Positions 8,844 through 19,200 of a stretch of 28,809 bases of DNA are shown here, in pieces. This DNA comes from Amoeboradix gromovi X-113 (taxonomy: Eukaryota > Fungi > Sanchytriomycota), in assembly GCA_018985225.1 (NCBI GenBank), contig JADGIF010000042.1, positions 1-28,809 on the forward strand, written 5' to 3'. Both the position numbers and the translations under genes were made by a program. The notes below the pieces were generated by a model. That model ran no database searches, was not told the origin of the DNA, and worked only from the letters and a program-made list of their open reading frames with translations. The first letter of the stretch is position 1. Each line of letters starts with the position of its first letter.

Positions 8844-9302
8844 ATGTTCTTCATAATATGTCCAGGTTATCCACCTGTTGCATTTGATCAAAAAAGTGAG
8901 GTTGAATTTACTAGTTTGTTGCCAAGTTCAAATACATTTTGCGTTTTTGCGGATGTGATATTGGAGAATCAGTTCGCAAACGTACTTGTAAGATTAGATG
9001 AGTCCAATTGGGAACAGCTGGGAGTCCTAACGCCCAATAAATTAAGTGCATTCTTTAAAACCAAAGGATTAATTGTACAAGAAATAGGAATTCAGATACA
9101 GACAGGTATTCCACCATTGATTCAAGTTAACACGAACACTAGTTTAACTCTTACTAGCCATATAGCAAGAAGGTTGATAACGCATTTAGAGAACTATATT
9201 TCATCATTCTGTATTGCTGAAATGGTACCAATTTCAGTATTTCAAAATTGGATGACCACGGTGGAACACAAGTTGTCAAAGGATCCTAACTTCCTAGAAT
9301 AA
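8844..9302 (+). CDS. Hikeshi/Opi10 (DUF775) family Hsp70 nuclear import factor
   Basis: N-terminal MFxIIxxG.P, WEQLGVLTPNKLSAFFK, HLENYISSF, C-terminal VPISVFQNW…KLSKDPNFL. Confidence 0.88.
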   Translation: MFFIICPGYPPVAFDQKSEVEFTSLLPSSNTFCVFADVILENQFANVLVRLDESNWEQLGVLTPNKLSAFFKTKGLIVQEIGIQIQTGIPPLIQVNTNTSLTLTSHIARRLITHLENYISSFCIAEMVPISVFQNWMTTVEHKLSKDPNFLE

Positions 9303-9401
9303 ATAAGATAACCAAATGACATCAATTTATTAGTTGGGCTCAAGTAGTTCTTTGTCTCTTATATGGATTTGTTGATGCATTTCGTAAATCTAAAACCTAG
9401 A

Positions 9402-10217
9402 TTAGACCATAATTACCTCAATCATAGCCTTCAACTCTTCCAGCTTCTTAAAAGACTGCTGAATGTTTTCGTCCGCCAAACAGAATCTATTTTTTATTGT
9501 TTTAATTGCATCATCTGCAAATGACTGGATACTTTTTAAATATCGAAGTGCTAAATCGTGGTTGGTTAGTAATCTTTCATCTTTACCCTCCCTTTGAATT
9601 TTAGATACAAACTGCCTACGAATAGCTTCGCCCGGTAGATATAGTGGTTGAGCAACTCCGAAAGCCTTCATTGCTTCTGAATTGAACTTAGGGCGCTGAT
9701 GTACGGCAATTAGATCAGACTTTGTTAATTCTGGCACCTGTGCGTAATATCTTTCCGTGACGTCATGATTTATATGTTTGGGACACAGCCAGTTTTGAGG
9801 CTCAATTATAATTGGAGGAGTAACGCAGTCATGGTGATACCAATCCTTACAAACATAGCACTGAGTCATTCTGTTGTTTACCATGCCACCGCACGAACAA
9901 GCATAACACAATGTAAAATCATCTGGGGTCTTGCGACTGGTAGAAACAGAGCCTTCAATACCCCATTGCTCTATTTTTGACAGTTTCTGGATATAATTTG
10001 GTAATTTAAATGACTGCATTACTGGGATGCGAATCAAATCTGAAAAAAACCTGTTTTTAATCAATGGGACATGACGAGGACGGCACATTTCACACTTAAA
10101 ATGAGTTCCTACTTTGATATCGTTTAAGCATATTCGATGAAAAGACCTAGGGCATTCATCGCATTCTATTACGAGACCCGGTAAAAGACAGATTTCACAG
10201 TATTCATTGTTTCCCAT
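9402..10217 (-). CDS. Double PHD-finger protein (Rco1/Cph1/PHF12-like, Rpd3S complex)
   Basis: NNEYCEIC…CDECPRSFHRIC…CEMC and CYAC…CYVCKDWYHHDCVTPP…WLCPKH, separated by an FKLPxxI segment. The orthology call is inferred. Confidence 0.82.
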   Translation of the reverse strand: MGNNEYCEICLLPGLVIECDECPRSFHRICLNDIKVGTHFKCEMCRPRHVPLIKNRFFSDLIRIPVMQSFKLPNYIQKLSKIEQWGIEGSVSTSRKTPDDFTLCYACSCGGMVNNRMTQCYVCKDWYHHDCVTPPIIIEPQNWLCPKHINHDVTERYYAQVPELTKSDLIAVHQRPKFNSEAMKAFGVAQPLYLPGEAIRRQFVSKIQREGKDERLLTNHDLALRYLKSIQSFADDAIKTIKNRFCLADENIQQSFKKLEELKAMIEVIMV

Positions 10218-10463
10218 AGCGAAAATTCGAAACGTAGGAAAGTGTGATAAAAGAAATAATGGGCCACTAGTTTATAAGATTAACAGACCTTGGAAGTTTG
10301 AATTTATAAAGAGTCGTCGGTTTTGGTGCTCTGGATACTTCAGTTAGGTGGCTTAAGTCATTCGATAGTCACGCGTTACCCATCTCTACAATGTTATCCA
10401 ATTAAACCAGCATAACGAGTGGTAAAAATAGTATAAATAGCAGTCCGTTCTTTCAGAGTCAAG

Positions 10464-10601
10464 ATGGCTAAAGGAGGAAATAAGCAAAAACAACAAAGTG
10501 AAAAACCAGCAGATGCACCAGTTGCTAATAAGACTGCTGCACCAGCTGAGAAGGCAGCAAAGGCTGAGAAGAAGGGAAAAGGTAAGCAACAAAAAGCTTA
10601 A
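10464..10601 (+). CDS. Small Lys/Ala-rich basic protein, 45 aa (not in the ORF track)
   Basis: MAKGGNKQKQQSEKPADAPVANKTAAPAEKAAKAEKKGKGKQQKA*. Purine-rich coding-like composition, with AATAAA about 11 nt after the stop. Confidence 0.65.
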   Translation: MAKGGNKQKQQSEKPADAPVANKTAAPAEKAAKAEKKGKGKQQKA

Positions 10602-10828
10602 CTAGTATAGGTAATAAATCCATTGCACTCTAACATAACTTTTTTTCATTTTTAGCTATATCCTTAGAGTGGCCTTGCACTGTTACAAGCTAGAGAAAAA
10701 GTAAATTTTTTCTATGCATTCCTTCTTTTTCCATTAGTGCGAACACTTATTATCACCTTCTCTACCAACTTGGGGATGCATCATTGTTCAGTAGACTACC
10801 TCGACCTGAAGAATGCTGGAGTACACTC

Positions 10829-11080
10829 TTAAATATTTATTCACAACTACATCGTAGTGCACTCACTGGCGTAAACTAGGACAGATATGTGAACGCGTGT
10901 TACAGCAATCTTCAGGTCTCTGGTTACCAGTATTGAAAGATCTGGGTAGAAAAGAAGAAGAAAGACAAAGAAGTTTTCACCAAGGCATATGTGGTATGAT
11001 ACGGGAACTGTTTGCTTGAGTAGATCAACGTTTTGAGAAATTGGTTTTAAAACATTTGTCTAGTTTTTGTGGAGTGTCCC
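10829..11080 (+). pseudogene. Degenerate Fanzor C-terminal fragment plus omegaRNA-like region and right end (left boundary uncertain)
   Basis: 10879-10917 versus 4-42: 31/39 identical nt. Translates LNIYSQLHRSALTGVN*DRYVNACYSNLQV (in-frame stop; RuvC-III DRD changed to DRY). TACGGGAACTG at 11000-11010 resembles TATGGGACACTG. Terminus GTCTAGTTTTTGTGGAGTGTCCC at 11058-11080. Confidence 0.8.
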
Positions 11081-12640
11081 ATGTCCCCAGCAATTACTTT
11101 ACTTCAGAAATCATTGTACAGATCGAGACCACCAATATGCTGTATTCTAGGGCACGTAGACCATGGTAAGTCAACCTTGATGGATTACTTAAAAAAGCAT
11201 GAAATCTCAAATAAAATTACTGAAAACGAATTTGGAGGAATTACTCAACATGTCGGATCTTTTGAAGTAAATTTAAAATCTTCAAAAGATAGGATCACAT
11301 TTCTAGATCTTCCTGGTCATTCAGCCTTTGAGGAAATGAGAAGTCGCGGTGCTAAGGGTGCAGATATTGGGATTCTGGTAATCGCTGCTGACGATGGATT
11401 TAAGGAGCAGTCTAGAAAAGCACTGGAGCATATAAGAAACTCAAATCTGCCTTTTATAGTTGCTTTGAATAAAGTTGATAAGCAAGGTTGCAATATCGCC
11501 AAAGTCAAGAGGCAACTTGTAGATAATGGTATAGAGCTTGAGGATTTTGGCGGCGACGTTCCATGCGTTGAAATAAGTGCCTTAAAAGGCACAAACATAC
11601 AACTTTTGGAAGAAAACATAATTGCATTAGCTGAACTACTAGAACTCAAAGAAGAGAAAAAATCATTTGAGGCTCTTGTTGTCGAATCTAAGATTAAAAA
11701 AGGTGTTGGTGCTGTTGCTACTTTGATTCCATTATCTGGAACCTTGAAAAAAGGAAACATCCTCTTTTGCTCCCAAAAGCTTTCTGAAAATCCCATTATC
11801 GGCAAGGTTCGGTCCATCGTTGGATTTTCTGGCAATTCTTTGGTATGTGCCGTTCCTTGTACCCCTGTTGAAGTAAGTGGTTGGAGAAGCCTTCCACCAG
11901 TTGGATCTAAAGTTGTGCATGTGAAGAGCGAGTCTCAGGCTAAGAAACTGTTCAAAGCTCTACAAGATCCTACAGTAATATCGGGTCCAACTGTTTCTGT
12001 TGATAAGAATGGTTGGATACAGATTCCTGTGATTCTGCGTTGCGATGTCGCTGGATCATTGGAAGCCGTTATAAATATGGTACATAAGCTTCCGCTATAT
12101 AGATATAAGGCCAATTGCAATATCGTCTCGGCCGAAGTGGGCGAAATTACCCAAAACGAGGTCAATTTAAGTAAGGAACTAAATGGTGCGTTATTAGGAT
12201 TTAATGTTCGCAAACCTTTGGCTCATTCTGATAACATATTCTCGTCCAATATAATTTATGATCTGGAGAACCAATTTAAGGAATGGATAATTAAAAACAA
12301 GTTACCGCTGCAAAAGAGAGAAACCGAAGTTGGAGTTGCCAAAGTGCTGCAATTATTCGATTACAATAAAAACCAGCCTAGCCAAAAGCGAATACTGGGG
12401 TCTGAAATCAAGCAAGGTTTAGCTAAATGCAAATCACAGGTCCAAGTGTTTAGAAATGACAAATTAGTCCTTACAGGTATACTCGATGAGTTGAAGCACC
12501 ACAAAAAAGTCATAGATAAAATTGAATCAGGCAAGCAATGCGGAATATCCCTCTCAGACTGCGACATACATGATGTCAGAGTAAACGACGAGCTACGAAT
12601 AATAGAAGTAGCGTTGATACCTGCAAATTTAAGTAAATGA
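11081..12640 (+). CDS. IFM1: Translation initiation factor IF-2, mitochondrial type, 519 aa
   Basis: RPPICCILGHVDHGKSTL, GGITQHVGSF, FLDLPGHSAFEEMRSRGA, NKVD, CDVAGSLEA, LKHHKK. The first ATG is at 11081; the GTG at 11069 lies inside the TIR. Confidence 0.92.
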   Translation: MSPAITLLQKSLYRSRPPICCILGHVDHGKSTLMDYLKKHEISNKITENEFGGITQHVGSFEVNLKSSKDRITFLDLPGHSAFEEMRSRGAKGADIGILVIAADDGFKEQSRKALEHIRNSNLPFIVALNKVDKQGCNIAKVKRQLVDNGIELEDFGGDVPCVEISALKGTNIQLLEENIIALAELLELKEEKKSFEALVVESKIKKGVGAVATLIPLSGTLKKGNILFCSQKLSENPIIGKVRSIVGFSGNSLVCAVPCTPVEVSGWRSLPPVGSKVVHVKSESQAKKLFKALQDPTVISGPTVSVDKNGWIQIPVILRCDVAGSLEAVINMVHKLPLYRYKANCNIVSAEVGEITQNEVNLSKELNGALLGFNVRKPLAHSDNIFSSNIIYDLENQFKEWIIKNKLPLQKRETEVGVAKVLQLFDYNKNQPSQKRILGSEIKQGLAKCKSQVQVFRNDKLVLTGILDELKHHKKVIDKIESGKQCGISLSDCDIHDVRVNDELRIIEVALIPANLSK

Positions 12641-12671
12641 TTCACGCTAAAATATGTTTTGCGGTAGAGGT

Positions 12672-15161
12672 TTATTTTATGCTCTTGTTCTTTTGTTTTT
12701 TGGCTTTCGCAGTCGACTTTAATTTACGTTTAATACTTTCCAAGTTCGGAGCACTAACTTTGCACTTGTTAGGAATCGTCCTTATCATATCGTCTATGCT
12801 AAGTAGCCTTAATGCCTGCTTTTCAGACTCCTTTAAATCCTTATTCGCCAAAAACAATTGCATAGCAGTTTTGGCAGATTTTCCCTTTTTTTCTGTACCA
12901 GGCGTTAATTTTACTTTGTACTTGTAATTCTTCATTACATCATAGGGTGCGCAAACAGCTACTCCGAATTCGATTTCATCGGATTCTTGGATATCACCAA
13001 AAAGCTGATTTAAATTATTCGATTCCCCCATTTCAGCCTTGGCCTGAACTGCCTTTAATTCATCGTATTCCTCTTGACTTTTAGCAGGTACAAAATCTTT
13101 AGGCTCGGGCTCCTTGACAGGTGGTTGTATCAATTCTTGTGTTTTCTTCTCTGGTTTCTGAATTTCAAATTTCTCGCTTAATTTATCCATTTGATCTTCA
13201 TATTTTTTAATTTTCATCAACTTCAATTTGCTCTGTTTTTTCTTTTTGCTTTTGAATTTCTTGTTCTCTGTGACAGGCTCATCTACCTTTGTTTTAACTA
13301 CTTCAGGTTCTTTTGACACCTGATTTAAAGTGCTAGCTGCAAATACATTACTAATTGGTTCTGACTTGCTGGCTTCTTCTGTTTTAACAACTTGTGGCGT
13401 TATCATGTCCTGTTCCGCCTCGTTCTCCATTTCGTTTTCAGCCTCGTTCCTTGTAGTTTTCATTTTGAATATAACACCAAATCCCAGTACTAGTTGAGTA
13501 GGTGGCAAGTAATTTTTTTTCCCTCTAATCATAAATGACCCTGTTTTCAAAAATTCTCCACTTGGTGGTGTTATGCTTACTTGGCTTGGATAAACATAAT
13601 ATGCATTACACACTATCTTGGTTTCCCACGCTTTTGATAAGCAGACTGTAAAAGCACCCGCTTCTGCTACTGATCTGCTAGTATAAGACCCTTTACCTTT
13701 TAAAATGCAACTTGGACTGGTATTCGCGTCTGCATGCACGTATAAATCGCTATTAGTCATGTACCTCTTAACTAGCAGCTCATTTTGATGTGCATCTCTT
13801 CCTGCAATTACTAAATCTTTATCTGTTGTTATGAACCAATGAAACTTTTCAAACCAATAAACACTGCGTTTTTCTATTATTTGCTTGTCAACAAAGTAGG
13901 AGTCTATCTTTTCTTGCTCTTTATTTATTGACTTTTGGATGTGCTTTAAGCTTTTATCATAAGCTCCTAAAGTTCTTTTTAGTTTTTCAGAAGCTAATTT
14001 TTGTTTCGCATATAAATATTCAATATTTTGAAAAACTGTTTTATCCAAGAACAGGTCAACAGAAATGTTAACAATTGTGATGCTAACTGTTTTGTTAACA
14101 AAATTTAATTTATTAACCATATTGAGCTCCACAAACCTAGCTTTATCTAGTTCTAGCATGGTCTCAACCTTTTTCCAATCCATCCCAGTTGCAAGTGCCC
14201 CATTTACTAGTTCTAAGATTCTGGTTATATCTACCGTATGCTCTTGTATGCTTTCTGCATTTAAAGTGTACAACTTGATTTCGGCTTCCAGTTCAGCCAT
14301 TCTGCGTTGCTGGTCATCTTTAATGTCTTTGATCTTTTTGTTAAGATGCTGCTTCTGTGCGAGTTGCTTATGAACAACTTTACACTGCTCCATTTGGCTA
14401 AAGTATGTGTCCATTGCCAGCGAAATGGTGTCGAACTCATGCTCCACATAATTATCTAATTCAAGTGGAATGCTGGACACAGTATGCATATCATCTAGAG
14501 ACAACTGAGAAGAATAGTTAGAGTAGTATATGTAGCCACGAGTAGATGAGATAATTGAATTATTTAGACTTTTTATGAATTGAAAATTAGATAAATCAGT
14601 CAAATTTTTAATTATCATCTGGTTTATATCCTTGCCATAGTCATAGTTTGATAGAAACTTGGAATATACAGCCTTAGAAGGTGTTTCGTTACTAAACAAC
14701 TCTGTTAGTTCATTCGGGTCTGTAATGAAATGTAGTTCAGTTTTGGGAACTACAGGTTTAGTGGATTTTTCAGACTGATATTCATACAAAACCTCATTAT
14801 CCTTGTAAAATATCATATTTCCGCTACCATACAAGTCAATTCGAAGGATATAATTCAGATTAAAATGAATTTCGACTGTTCGGTCAAAGTTGACTTGTAA
14901 AATATCTAATACAATCCGATTGATAAGATGCTGTCTGAGTAAAATTTGTATTTGATGAGTTTTGAGATTGTTTGGTAAATCGTACTTGGTAAGATACATT
15001 TTATTGCCAATGTCGATTAATATTTTTGATTTGTCACTTAGTTTTATTAAAATAGTCTTGTTGGACAACGAGTACACAGAACTGACACGTTTGCCTACAG
15101 AGTGTTCTTTTAAAGGACCAACTACTTTATAAACGTCAATCAAAGAAAATTTGTGCTTCAT
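12672..15161 (-). CDS. RQC2: Ribosome quality-control subunit NEMF/Rqc2(Tae2), 829 aa
   Basis: MKHKFSLIDV start, FDRTVEIHF, YWFEKFHWFIT, GRDAHQNELLVKRY, PPSGEFLKTGSFMIRGKKNYL, VCAPY…YKYKVKLTPG. Confidence 0.93.
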   Translation of the reverse strand: MKHKFSLIDVYKVVGPLKEHSVGKRVSSVYSLSNKTILIKLSDKSKILIDIGNKMYLTKYDLPNNLKTHQIQILLRQHLINRIVLDILQVNFDRTVEIHFNLNYILRIDLYGSGNMIFYKDNEVLYEYQSEKSTKPVVPKTELHFITDPNELTELFSNETPSKAVYSKFLSNYDYGKDINQMIIKNLTDLSNFQFIKSLNNSIISSTRGYIYYSNYSSQLSLDDMHTVSSIPLELDNYVEHEFDTISLAMDTYFSQMEQCKVVHKQLAQKQHLNKKIKDIKDDQQRRMAELEAEIKLYTLNAESIQEHTVDITRILELVNGALATGMDWKKVETMLELDKARFVELNMVNKLNFVNKTVSITIVNISVDLFLDKTVFQNIEYLYAKQKLASEKLKRTLGAYDKSLKHIQKSINKEQEKIDSYFVDKQIIEKRSVYWFEKFHWFITTDKDLVIAGRDAHQNELLVKRYMTNSDLYVHADANTSPSCILKGKGSYTSRSVAEAGAFTVCLSKAWETKIVCNAYYVYPSQVSITPPSGEFLKTGSFMIRGKKNYLPPTQLVLGFGVIFKMKTTRNEAENEMENEAEQDMITPQVVKTEEASKSEPISNVFAASTLNQVSKEPEVVKTKVDEPVTENKKFKSKKKKQSKLKLMKIKKYEDQMDKLSEKFEIQKPEKKTQELIQPPVKEPEPKDFVPAKSQEEYDELKAVQAKAEMGESNNLNQLFGDIQESDEIEFGVAVCAPYDVMKNYKYKVKLTPGTEKKGKSAKTAMQLFLANKDLKESEKQALRLLSIDDMIRTIPNKCKVSAPNLESIKRKLKSTAKAKKQKNKSIK

Positions 15162-15194
15162 TCGCAAGGAGGTTACAAGATGTGAGCTGAATGA

Positions 15195-15710
15195 CTACAA
15201 ATTTACTTTAGCATTTGAGAAGTCCATTTCCGGATGTAGTTTTTTGAATTTTTCCAGCATTTCGACCTTACTTTTTTCTTCTGAAGTTGGTTTTCCCATT
15301 TCTTTCTGACGCTGATCAAACATCATCTTTTCAACCATTGTTCTAGTATCACCATCTAAATCAGACAATTTAGAGTTCTCAGGCTCTAATTTTGTGGTGT
15401 CTATTTCTTCCATTCCTTTTAACACAGATGCCCACCATTTTTGTTTGTTCATCTTCTCCAATACTATGTCAACCGAAGTATAATCTTCATGACGTGAAAG
15501 AGTCCAGGTGCAACCATCAGACACCACCTTGTCGAAATATTCACCATTTAAAAATTCTTCGCCACAAACAAGTGCCTTCAGGTTGCCAACACCAATAAGA
15601 ATCTTAATATCACTTTTGCTTACTCCTTTTTTAGTTCTTATGCAAATACTTACCTCTTCTAGCGTCTGAGTCCATGAACAGTTTGCAGAAATTTGAAAAG
15701 TTTGAGTCAT
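15195..15710 (-). CDS. nudC: Nuclear movement protein NudC (CS/p23 domain), 171 aa
   Basis: WTQTLEEV, LEKMNKQKWW, PENSKLSDLDGDTRTMVEKMMFDQRQKEMGKPTSEE, HPEMDFSNAK. The first ATG is at 15710. Confidence 0.95.
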   Translation of the reverse strand: MTQTFQISANCSWTQTLEEVSICIRTKKGVSKSDIKILIGVGNLKALVCGEEFLNGEYFDKVVSDGCTWTLSRHEDYTSVDIVLEKMNKQKWWASVLKGMEEIDTTKLEPENSKLSDLDGDTRTMVEKMMFDQRQKEMGKPTSEEKSKVEMLEKFKKLHPEMDFSNAKVNL

Positions 15711-15727
15711 ACGGAGATGATACAAAT

Positions 15728-16010
15728 GGGACAAAGAATGTAAAAATTAGACGATAATATGTCCCGTATTTTGTCATCTAGAGATTAGTGAAGAGCTCTA
15801 ATATCAAAGCATCTCTGCCGGCTATATATCTCACTGTTTTCCAAGGACATTCGTCGAACTGAAGATTGGTTTGTTATCTTTACAGCTTTTGGATGAGAGC
15901 GCGTATCAAACTTTTTGTTTTCATGCAATATTAAATAGATGTAGTCCAGATGTTTATTGCAACTGTAGCCAAATTTGCACAGATTCAGCGTTGTCCACTG
16001 TACTCGTCAT
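15728..16010 (-). pseudogene. Degenerate Fanzor element on the minus strand with an internally deleted (38-nt) terminal hairpin
   Basis: Minus strand 15781-15760 matches 121-142 at 18/22 nt, and 15752-15725 matches 193-220 at 22/28 nt. AATCTTCA (NLQ) at 15867-15860. Upstream DDEYSGQR*ICAN (~16011-15973) resembles the Fanzor DEYxTSxxCxxC motif. Confidence 0.75.
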
Positions 16011-16213
16011 CTTTAGCAAGGACGAGCTGACCAACAGCTCAGTAGCACACCGTACTTATGTAATAAACAGCACAGAATAAACTCATTGTTGTTGATCTTC
16101 TAGGAGCCCTGCTTCAAATGCTTACTCTTCTTTTTATAATTTATCTCTTTTGTACCACTGTCGTGTTACTTCAAATTCCAATCAAATTTCTCCCTCAAAC
16201 CACAATAAAATCA

Positions 16214-19200
16214 ATGGAATCTATGAACGCAAATGTATACGATATTTGCAAAACCGCTCTGCTAGCTGATTATCTTACTGTTCAAGCTTCTTCCATTAAT
16301 CGTAAGTTCCTTAACAAGTTCATTCCTCCTAAACAAAAAAATGTGAACAAACTCATTGATCACGTTCGCGATGTCTTTAGTTTGAATGAAATAGACATGT
16401 CTCAAATTATTCGCAACTGCCAGTCTTTCTGTACTGAGGAATTCGCCCTTGTAGATTTGCTCATTCGTAGAAATATGCTGGATCAAGATTGTACTCCTGA
16501 ATACATGCCTGGTGATTTTGACTACGAAGACGATTACATTCTTTGGAAACAAGCTGAGCTGAAAGAATTGGACAATGCCATAAACTACATCACTCAACAT
16601 TACCCTCATACTGAACCATTGATAGATACTCCACTGCCCACTCAAAACGCAAAGTTATGTTTTATCCCAAATGATCCTAAAACTGTTTATTATGCCCTTT
16701 TAGAACATTTGATTAGTTTTGAAGACACTCTTAGTAACTCATCTACCTTATTGCTTAGCGAATGCGGTAGAAGATGGCGATTGTCCCTTGCATTTCGTGC
16801 TTATTCATATTTAAACCTTATTTGGAAAAACAACAAGGCTGCAAAATACTCTTCTACAATGCGTATATGCGAAATGATTAGAAACAAAGAGTTCCTATTG
16901 AACATAAAAGAAAAGTACGATGTTTATCTAATTTTTAAAAAGATTGAGAAACTGACTTTTAAACACTTAGAAAATGACGATTTGCTAACTATGCCATGGT
17001 CCCAGATAATTTTTGTATTGAACAAAGTTTACTTGAGTTCTATTTATCGTAAGTTCCACAAGCCTGATATCCCGTCATTTCGGATTTCCAAAGTTATTGA
17101 AAAATCCATCCACTCAAGATTGAGCCCCCTAAAGTCCATAGATAGAAGCGACGATTATTTTAACCTGTTGGTTTCTACTATATCGGTTTTAATCAAGGAT
17201 ACACAGCTTGTTGATAGGTTAGAAATTGAAGATGACTCAACGATTTCCGTTTTACAGGTGCAAAACATATACAAAGTCACCACAGAAACCTTTTTGCAGG
17301 AAATGCTTGATCAAGAACTTGATACTGAAGTAGTTTCCAACGACGGTATGCATATTGGTGCGGGTATCCACATTTTAGACCAGTTCCAAGATTTAAAGGA
17401 ATTGGGACTTGACTTCACTTTGCCAAACGAGATGGTACTAGACACTCTAAATTCGTATATGCTGCAAACATTGGAAGAGATGCGCGAATGGTGTGCGCGC
17501 GCTATTAACTTGGATAATTGGGAGACTAATAACCACTACTCCAGTTGTGTTTCTGATGTATTTGATGTGTTGAGAACCAAATGGCTAGACATTAGGGACA
17601 CATGCTGGTATCAATTCGATGTACTAGCTCATCAGCGTATCATTTACGCCATCTACCTAGTAGTCAATGACATATCCCAATCATTGTTTGAGCATGTAAT
17701 GAATGATTTCGTAAGTCCGCCTGTGCAGGAAGAGCCAAAGGAGACTATAATGCAGAAAGTCGAGAGAATCAGGGGTGCGGATAGACAGGCATTGCAGTTT
17801 AAGATACAGCAACTACCTGCCGGTGTTTTTGTCAAACTAAATGATTTACTAAGTTTGCAAGAAAAGCTGAATGAGCTATTTGTCGAAATAAAGAAGGAAT
17901 ATGATGGGCTATTGGACAGCATGGATTCAGAAATAGATTATGAATCTCTTATATGTAGATTAAGCATCGATGACATTAAAGGAATTGTTAAACATGATGC
18001 ACATGAAGGCGTCGATTATGGGTTTATATGCGAATTGAAGATTAATGAGAACACTCATGTGCTGCAACTACCAGAAATAGGATCCATTCCAATAGAAGCT
18101 GACGAGTGTGTTGACTTTGTAGTCAAACAAGAACAGGTCGTAAACTGCACTATATATTCACAAGATATTTATGGGAAAAAAAAGAAGTACGCTACTACTA
18201 ATTTCACAGTAACTAACAAGGAATGCAAATCATCTTACTATCAGTCTAAAACAAGAATTTACAATCTAAACACTCTTCTTGGTTCCCTCACTGTAAAGTA
18301 TGGCAACGTACATGATGAATATCCATTCTATTACTTCAACAAGTCATATTTAACTCTCAATGATTTCTTGCAAGTCAGTTGTTCAAAGGTAGTCTCGAAT
18401 ATGATGAATCCGTGTATTTGGTTTGTTAGGCAACTCACTAGCAGATACGGAAGCATCGACGTAAAGCAGAATGTAAGCTTAGAAACTGTCGAGGAAGAGT
18501 TGCAGCCAATATTTGACTACTTAAACAAGACTTTTGGTGATTTAATGGAAATCAGCCACACCGAGATTTCTAACTTTGTGTTGAGAAAGAGTTGGAAGGA
18601 GTTTGTAGGCTGCGTTGAGGTTATATTAGTCGGAGATGAGCACAACGAAGCGGTAGCTAGTAGCAGAGGTCAGATTACAACAGTTCACTTCATATTTAAT
18701 TGTTTAGAAGAATTCTTTCATGCTCAAGGCAGTGGAGTCGAGTTGAATCATTTGCATAACCCTCAATATCATAGGGTGAATGGAATATTCAAATTGTACT
18801 ACTTAGAAAATGATGAGTTGATGCAAATGTATTTGAGGTCATTTGTAAATTATGCTGTGCACAAAGTAGAAAAGTACCAGAAGAAACCGGTTTTGCAAAT
18901 AAAAGGAAACAGCAAACTAGAGTCATCTTCCGAAGAGGAAGAATTGGAAGAGGAATTGAAATTAATGCAAAACACGAGACTGCAACCAAATACTCCATTA
19001 ACACCACCTGAATGCGAAGCAGTGGTAAAATTATTAGAGATGAGATCAGTGTATGACCAAGAATGCGCAGACTTCCTGGAAAGTCAGCAAGGAATACAGC
19101 AGCAAGTGATAATGAATTTAGAATTGGAAAAGGTTAAAAAAAGGCAAGAGGCACCAGTGGAAGAAAAAGTAGAGGTCAAGAAACAATCTGAAGATTACAA

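Noticed and set aside
10261-10289. GGGCCACT… as a left TIR for the 11080 element
   Set aside because: It lacks the AAAAACTRGAC core and the TAC/TSD context.
15871-16080. 69-aa plus-strand ORF (also 4506-4688 minus)
   Set aside because: Non-ATG starts, located within element relics.
16131-16149. Possible decayed left TIR for the minus-strand relic (TTTTTATAATTTATCTC)
   Set aside because: It is a low-complexity AT match with no CCC terminus and no matching TSD.
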